Part shown: positions 59,557 to 64,000 of the stretch, one piece after another | Layout: each line of letters starts with the position of its first letter | Numbering within the stretch: position 1 is the first letter of the stretch | NCBI GenBank assembly: GCA_965242695.1 | Contig: CBDESU010000002.1 | Location: 32,001-96,000 of the forward strand | DNA from: Cenarchaeum sp. | GTDB lineage: Archaea; Thermoproteota; Nitrososphaeria; Nitrososphaerales; Nitrosopumilaceae | Length of the DNA stretch: 64,000 nucleotides | Direction: 5' to 3' | Position numbers and translations under genes: made by a program | Notes under the pieces: generated by a model | Told to the model about the DNA's origin: nothing | The model's input: only the letters and a program-made list of their open reading frames with translations | Databases searched by the model: none

Positions 59557-60786
59557 ATGGCCAATGTAGGCGGATATGACCCCATGGCGGCCGACGCCAA
59601 GAGGATACGAGAGCTGGTCGTGGGGGGACGGTACTCCAGCACCGGCGCCTTCATCGACAGGGCCGTGAGCATACTGCTTGCATGGGAGAGTGAGCAGCCG
59701 CAGGACACGATCAGGATCATGCAGTCAATGATGCCGTTCACGCCGGAGCAGGAAGAATTTCTCAAGGAAAAAATGAAGGATGACGAGCGCATGAAGGACT
59801 TTGGGGAGACGGGCGGGGAGGAGTCTGCCCGGCACGCGGTCCTAGGCATTTCGGACCTGGACCACAGGCGTGTGAGGCAGAACATGGAGAAGGCGGCCGA
59901 GTTCATGAGGGGGCTGGCGACTCCCGAGCCGGCCGAGTCGTACGGGTACGACGGATACCCCCTGCTGTTCAAGATGTACAGCAGGTTTCTGCCGGTCCGG
60001 ATCACAATGGCTGTCCTTGCCAACATGCTGTACGAGAGGGGCGAAGATCGCGTGCCGCTCGACGATCTGCGAGGAGCTGCGTACGACATAGCGGAGGAGA
60101 TAGGCGGGCGCCTCGTCGAAGGTGAGAGAAAGAGTGGCATCGGACGCAACAAGAGGGTCTCGACAGGTCTGCCGACCAAGGCGGCCGACGACAGCCAAGC
60201 GGGGGTTGAAAAAAAGGCGCATGTTCAGAAGAGGTTCAAGGACCAGTACGTGGGCAGGGTGCGCAGGGACAGAGCGGCGGGAACGGGGCATGCGGACGGG
60301 GCTCCGGCCGCGCTGGGACTGGTGACTATGTTCGAAGAGAACGGCAGGGTTGCAGTGGCGCTCACCGACGCAGGCAGAAGGTTTTGCATGCTGGACAACC
60401 CGGTGGTAAGCGGCGAGTACGGTGGCGGCAGGGCACTGGGGGACGAAGAGGCCGCGTTCATACTAGGCGAGCTGCTTCCGCGCCTGCCCTTGGAGCATGC
60501 GCTTGCAGGCGCGGCCGTCGGGGCGGCTGAAAGGGCAGGCCCCGAGGGAATCACCACGCCGGAGCTGGACAGGATATTTCTAAAGGAAGCCAGGGCGTTT
60601 GCCAAAAAGAATCCAGAGGCAGGCGGCAGGCTGGGACTCGAGGGGTTGGACAAGGAGGCGACGAGTGCGCGCATAGTAGGCTGGAGGGTGGCGACCATGG
60701 GCAGGCTGGCCGAGCTCGGCGCAGTGGAGTGGAGCGTCAAGAAGGACGGCTCGTCCGTGTTCCACCCCGGCAAGGGCGGTAGCTAG
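59557..60786 (+). CDS. Hypothetical protein with possible N-terminal ribbon-helix-helix motif
   Basis: 409-aa protein-like ORF; IRELVVGGRYSSTGAFIDRAV resembles ParD/CopG; TATAAG upstream. Confidence 0.7.
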   Translation: MANVGGYDPMAADAKRIRELVVGGRYSSTGAFIDRAVSILLAWESEQPQDTIRIMQSMMPFTPEQEEFLKEKMKDDERMKDFGETGGEESARHAVLGISDLDHRRVRQNMEKAAEFMRGLATPEPAESYGYDGYPLLFKMYSRFLPVRITMAVLANMLYERGEDRVPLDDLRGAAYDIAEEIGGRLVEGERKSGIGRNKRVSTGLPTKAADDSQAGVEKKAHVQKRFKDQYVGRVRRDRAAGTGHADGAPAALGLVTMFEENGRVAVALTDAGRRFCMLDNPVVSGEYGGGRALGDEEAAFILGELLPRLPLEHALAGAAVGAAERAGPEGITTPELDRIFLKEARAFAKKNPEAGGRLGLEGLDKEATSARIVGWRVATMGRLAELGAVEWSVKKDGSSVFHPGKGGS

Positions 60787-61060
60787 CAGTCTGGCGGCAG
60801 CCGGCTTGGCTTATACCTTGTAGCCATAGTCGTGTATGCCTTAGTGCGGTCGCTAGCGGGCAGTCTGGCGGCAGGCGCATCGGGCTTGCCTGTGCGGCGA
60901 CCATGTCTGGTGCCGCAGTGGCAGGCCGACAGGGTGCAAGAGAGAAGGGGGGCAGGTCGGAGATCTGGGTCTCGATGGGCCCGATGGGCAACGGTCGGCG
61001 GCCGCGGGCCCGCGGCAGCCTCAAAAATCATTTAACGGCCCGCCGGCGCGCGGGCACATC

Positions 61061-61477
61061 ATGGACAGGCGCTACATGAACAACAGCGAGATGTGCATAT
61101 GCTGCTTCAGGCCCCCGACGGCCGGCGGCGACCTGGCCATACACCACATCAAGTACTTTCCCGAGCTGTGCTGCTACGTCCACGACGGGTGCCACGAGGA
61201 GATACACGGCACGCCGAGCAAGTACCCGTACCTCATACAGTACGAAGAGGGAGACAACGTAAAGTTCTACGAGATGAGAATAATGAGCGCAGACTCGGGG
61301 GGCGGGCGCGGCAGGGGGCGCGGCAGGTACAGGAAGGGGAGAAGGGGCGGCGGCCGGCGGCGGGACAGGCGGCCCGACGAGGACGAGCCGGGCCGGCGGC
61401 GGAGGCGCGGCGGCCGGGACAGGGACGGCGGCCGGGACAGGGACGGCGGCCGGGAGCAGCGCAGGCGCCGCAGCTAG
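61061..61477 (+). CDS. Small HNH/Zn-finger-like protein with Arg/Gly-rich tail
   Basis: CICC..LAIHHIKY..VHDGCHEEIH; TTTAA box 61031-61035. Confidence 0.65.
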   Translation: MDRRYMNNSEMCICCFRPPTAGGDLAIHHIKYFPELCCYVHDGCHEEIHGTPSKYPYLIQYEEGDNVKFYEMRIMSADSGGGRGRGRGRYRKGRRGGGRRRDRRPDEDEPGRRRRRGGRDRDGGRDRDGGREQRRRRS

Positions 61478-62892
61478 CCCCCGGCGGCTGAGGATGCGGC
61501 CTCGGCGGCAATCTGGCGGGCCCGCTCGGCCGAGACGCGGCCCTCGGAGACCATCGTCCGGGCAATCGCATCCGCGTCGATCCCCCCGCCGCCGCAGGCT
61601 GCGGCCGCCGCCGCGGCCAGGTTTCTTGCGTGCAGGCCCATGTGGCCCCTCTGTATGCCGTCGGTGCACAGGGCGTGCATTGCGCCATAGTTCTGCGCAA
61701 GGCCGGCCGAGGCGATGCAGCATGCAAGGTCGGCCGCGGACGAGGCGCCGAGCAGCTTGATGCAGAGGCTGGCCGTCGGGTGCACGGCGGCCACGCCGCC
61801 GACCGTGCCGACCTGCATGGGCATCTCGAGCGAGCCGACGAGGTTGCCGTCCCCGTCCCTCGACCATGCGGACAGCGATCGGTACGCGCCGCTGCGCGCC
61901 GCGTGCGCGTGCGCCGCTGCCTCGATGGCCCTGACGTCCTGCCCGGTCGCGCACGCCACGGCGGCGCACCCGTTCATTATCCCCTTGTTGTGGGTGACGG
62001 CCCTGTACACGTCGTCGCGCGCCAGCCTGTACGCAAGCAGCATCGAGTCGACGACCCGCGGGCCGCCTACGGCATCGGCTGAAAACGCGGCCTCTGCGCG
62101 CACCGTGCGGACCGTCGAATAGTTCGACAGTATGCGCAGGAGGACCCTGCCGCCGACGGCCCGCTCGACCAGCGGTGCGACGGCCTCGCACATCGAGTTT
62201 GTCACGTTCGCGCCCATCGCATCGCCTACGTCGACGTGCAGCTCCACTAGGAGCATGGTAGGATCGTCGCCGTTGCCGTCCGCCTCCGCCGCCGCACCTG
62301 GCCCGCCGACCATGCGGCACGTGACGGCCCTTGCCCCCCGGCCCGACCGCGACAGGGTCGAGCTGCATGCGTTGGCCGCGGCCAGCATCTCGGCCGCCGA
62401 CCCTTCGATCCGGCGGCGGGCCTCGTCTAGGGTCGGCGGGCCGGCGGCATCTTCGTCGTCGTACACGACCTGCACCTGCCCTATGCACACCTGCGGGCCG
62501 GCCTCGGCCCTGAACCCGCCGAGGGCGCGGGCCGCCTTTGCCCCCTTCGATGCGGCCGCTATCACCGACGGCTCCTCGATCGCCATCGGGACGAGCGCAT
62601 CCCGCCCGTTGATCACAAAGTTCGTCGCCAGTCCGAGGGGCACTGCCATCGTGCCGACTGCATTCTCGACCATGCGGTCGGCCCGGCCAAAGTCCAGACC
62701 TCCGGCCGGGTCGGCAAGCGCGGCCGCCTCGGCCTCGGACAGTCCGGCAAGGGAGGCGGCCGCCCGCACCCGCTCCTCGCGGCCGAGCCGGAAGAACCCC
62801 GGCATGGCAGAGGTCTTCGGCTGCGCCGCCGCCCCGTCTCCATGCCCGGCTCCGCTGCCGCCGCTGCCGCCGCCCGGCCCCTCTGCGCTCAT
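61474..62892 (-). CDS. hmgA: Hydroxymethylglutaryl-CoA reductase (class II)
   Basis: ENAVG, PMAIEEPSVIAA, DAMGAN, THNKGIMNG, GTVGG, GIQRGHMGLH. Confidence 0.93.
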   Translation of the reverse strand: MSAEGPGGGSGGSGAGHGDGAAAQPKTSAMPGFFRLGREERVRAAASLAGLSEAEAAALADPAGGLDFGRADRMVENAVGTMAVPLGLATNFVINGRDALVPMAIEEPSVIAAASKGAKAARALGGFRAEAGPQVCIGQVQVVYDDEDAAGPPTLDEARRRIEGSAAEMLAAANACSSTLSRSGRGARAVTCRMVGGPGAAAEADGNGDDPTMLLVELHVDVGDAMGANVTNSMCEAVAPLVERAVGGRVLLRILSNYSTVRTVRAEAAFSADAVGGPRVVDSMLLAYRLARDDVYRAVTHNKGIMNGCAAVACATGQDVRAIEAAAHAHAARSGAYRSLSAWSRDGDGNLVGSLEMPMQVGTVGGVAAVHPTASLCIKLLGASSAADLACCIASAGLAQNYGAMHALCTDGIQRGHMGLHARNLAAAAAAACGGGGIDADAIARTMVSEGRVSAERARQIAAEAASSAAGG

Positions 62893-64000
62893 CTCTCGAT
62901 CCTCACCAGCCTGTCGTCGTCGGCGTCCGGAAACCCCTTGCCGTCCGTGTTCGACGTTATCAGGTAGACGAGCCCGTCGGGGCCGACGGCCACGTCCCGT
63001 ATGCGGCCCAGGCCGCCCAGTATGCTCTGCTGCCCGGCAGGCGAGCCGTCGCCGCCCTGGCCCAGGTCGACCGAGTACAAGCCGGCGGCCCTAGTCGAGG
63101 CCATCAGCAGCGAGCCGTCCGGGAGCAGGGGGCCCCTCGCGCCCTCCCCGCCGCCGCCTACTCCCCCGTAGTCGTACACGGCCAGCCCGCCGGGCTCTAT
63201 CGCGGGGTCAAAGCACGCGGCCGCCCCGTCGTACCCCGGCGGATGGTCGTCCGAGCACTCGTACTCGGGCCACCCGTAGTTGCCGCCGGGCCGCACCTCC
63301 ACTATCTCGTCGTTCTTTGACGGCCCCAGGTCGCTTGCGTACATGCGCCCTGCGGCATCCCATGCAAACCCCTGCGGGTCGCGCAGTCCCGAGGCGTACA
63401 CGCGCGAGCCGCCCTCGGGATTGTCGCCGGGCACGGCCCCGTCGTCGCCCATGCGGAGCACCTTGCCGGCAAGCGAGTCCGGGTCCTGCGCCAGGTGCAG
63501 CGAGTCCGAGACCGAGCCGGTTCCGACGTAGAGCATGCCGTCGGGGCCGAACGCGATCGCCCCGCCGTTGCTGAAGCGCGATCCTGGTATGCCGTCGAGC
63601 AGTACGTCGGCCCCGGCCAGCCTGCCGTTCGGGACGTGCAGGCGCAGCACCTTGTTGAGCATCTCGCCGCCCTCTTCGTACGTGTGGTACGCGTACAGGT
63701 AGGGGCGGGCCCCAAAGTCTGGGTGCGCGGCGATCCCGAGCAGGCCGGCAGAAAAGCCGTCGGCCGTGCGCAGGACCGCGACCGGGTCGTCCAGGACGGC
63801 CCCGTCCCGAACGGCCCTGACAACGCCGCCCTTTTCGGCGACAAGCACGTCGCCGCCGGCGAACGCGATCGACCGCGGGTTGTCAAGGCCGGTCGCAAGG
63901 ACGGCCGCCGACGGGCCGGCCGACGCCGTCGTCGACGGGTCGGGCAGCGGGAGCGGGATGGGGTTGGAGGGGGAGGTGAGGACGTACACGGAGAATGCAA
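62889..64000 (-). CDS. PQQ-dependent glucose/sorbosone dehydrogenase family protein (5' end off window)
   Basis: GLLGIAAHPDF, FGPDGMLYVGTG, GLRDPQG, NYGWP, GRIRDV. Confidence 0.88.
   Translation of the reverse strand, partial: AFSVYVLTSPSNPIPLPLPDPSTTASAGPSAAVLATGLDNPRSIAFAGGDVLVAEKGGVVRAVRDGAVLDDPVAVLRTADGFSAGLLGIAAHPDFGARPYLYAYHTYEEGGEMLNKVLRLHVPNGRLAGADVLLDGIPGSRFSNGGAIAFGPDGMLYVGTGSVSDSLHLAQDPDSLAGKVLRMGDDGAVPGDNPEGGSRVYASGLRDPQGFAWDAAGRMYASDLGPSKNDEIVEVRPGGNYGWPEYECSDDHPPGYDGAAACFDPAIEPGGLAVYDYGGVGGGGEGARGPLLPDGSLLMASTRAAGLYSVDLGQGGDGSPAGQQSILGGLGRIRDVAVGPDGLVYLITSNTDGKGFPDADDDRLVRIER

Overview
High-GC archaeal DNA, most consistent with a Thaumarchaeota/Nitrosopumilaceae genome (Cenarchaeum-like; inferred from CFI-box-CTERM proteins, 'PxWIKxxAGWW' C-terminal repeats, TATA-box/leaderless gene starts, a his cluster containing a HAD gene, and class II HMG-CoA reductase). 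The housekeeping backbone (hisG-D-C-HAD-B-H-A-F, hisI, gabD-like, hmgA, PQQ sugar dehydrogenase, Hrq1/MrfA-like helicase) is interleaved with a large defence/accessory load. This includes two separate DISARM-like drmA-drmB modules with non-canonical partners and no drmC or DNA methylase in view, a birth-and-death array of DUF5678 + retropepsin-protease cassettes, SRA-like domains fused to antitoxin modules, several RelE/PIN toxin-antitoxin pairs whose toxins are decaying, and an AAA-ATPase/nuclease-like pair inside the his operon. The most striking item is a complete, fully paired tRNA-like gene (30099-30191, minus strand) with an Ile GAU anticodon on a class II body (8-bp variable arm, G73, A8): a candidate codon-reassigning or mistranslating tRNA. 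Several single-base frameshifts fall in short homopolymers and may be sequencing errors. All family assignments are from motif recognition by eye; no database search was run.
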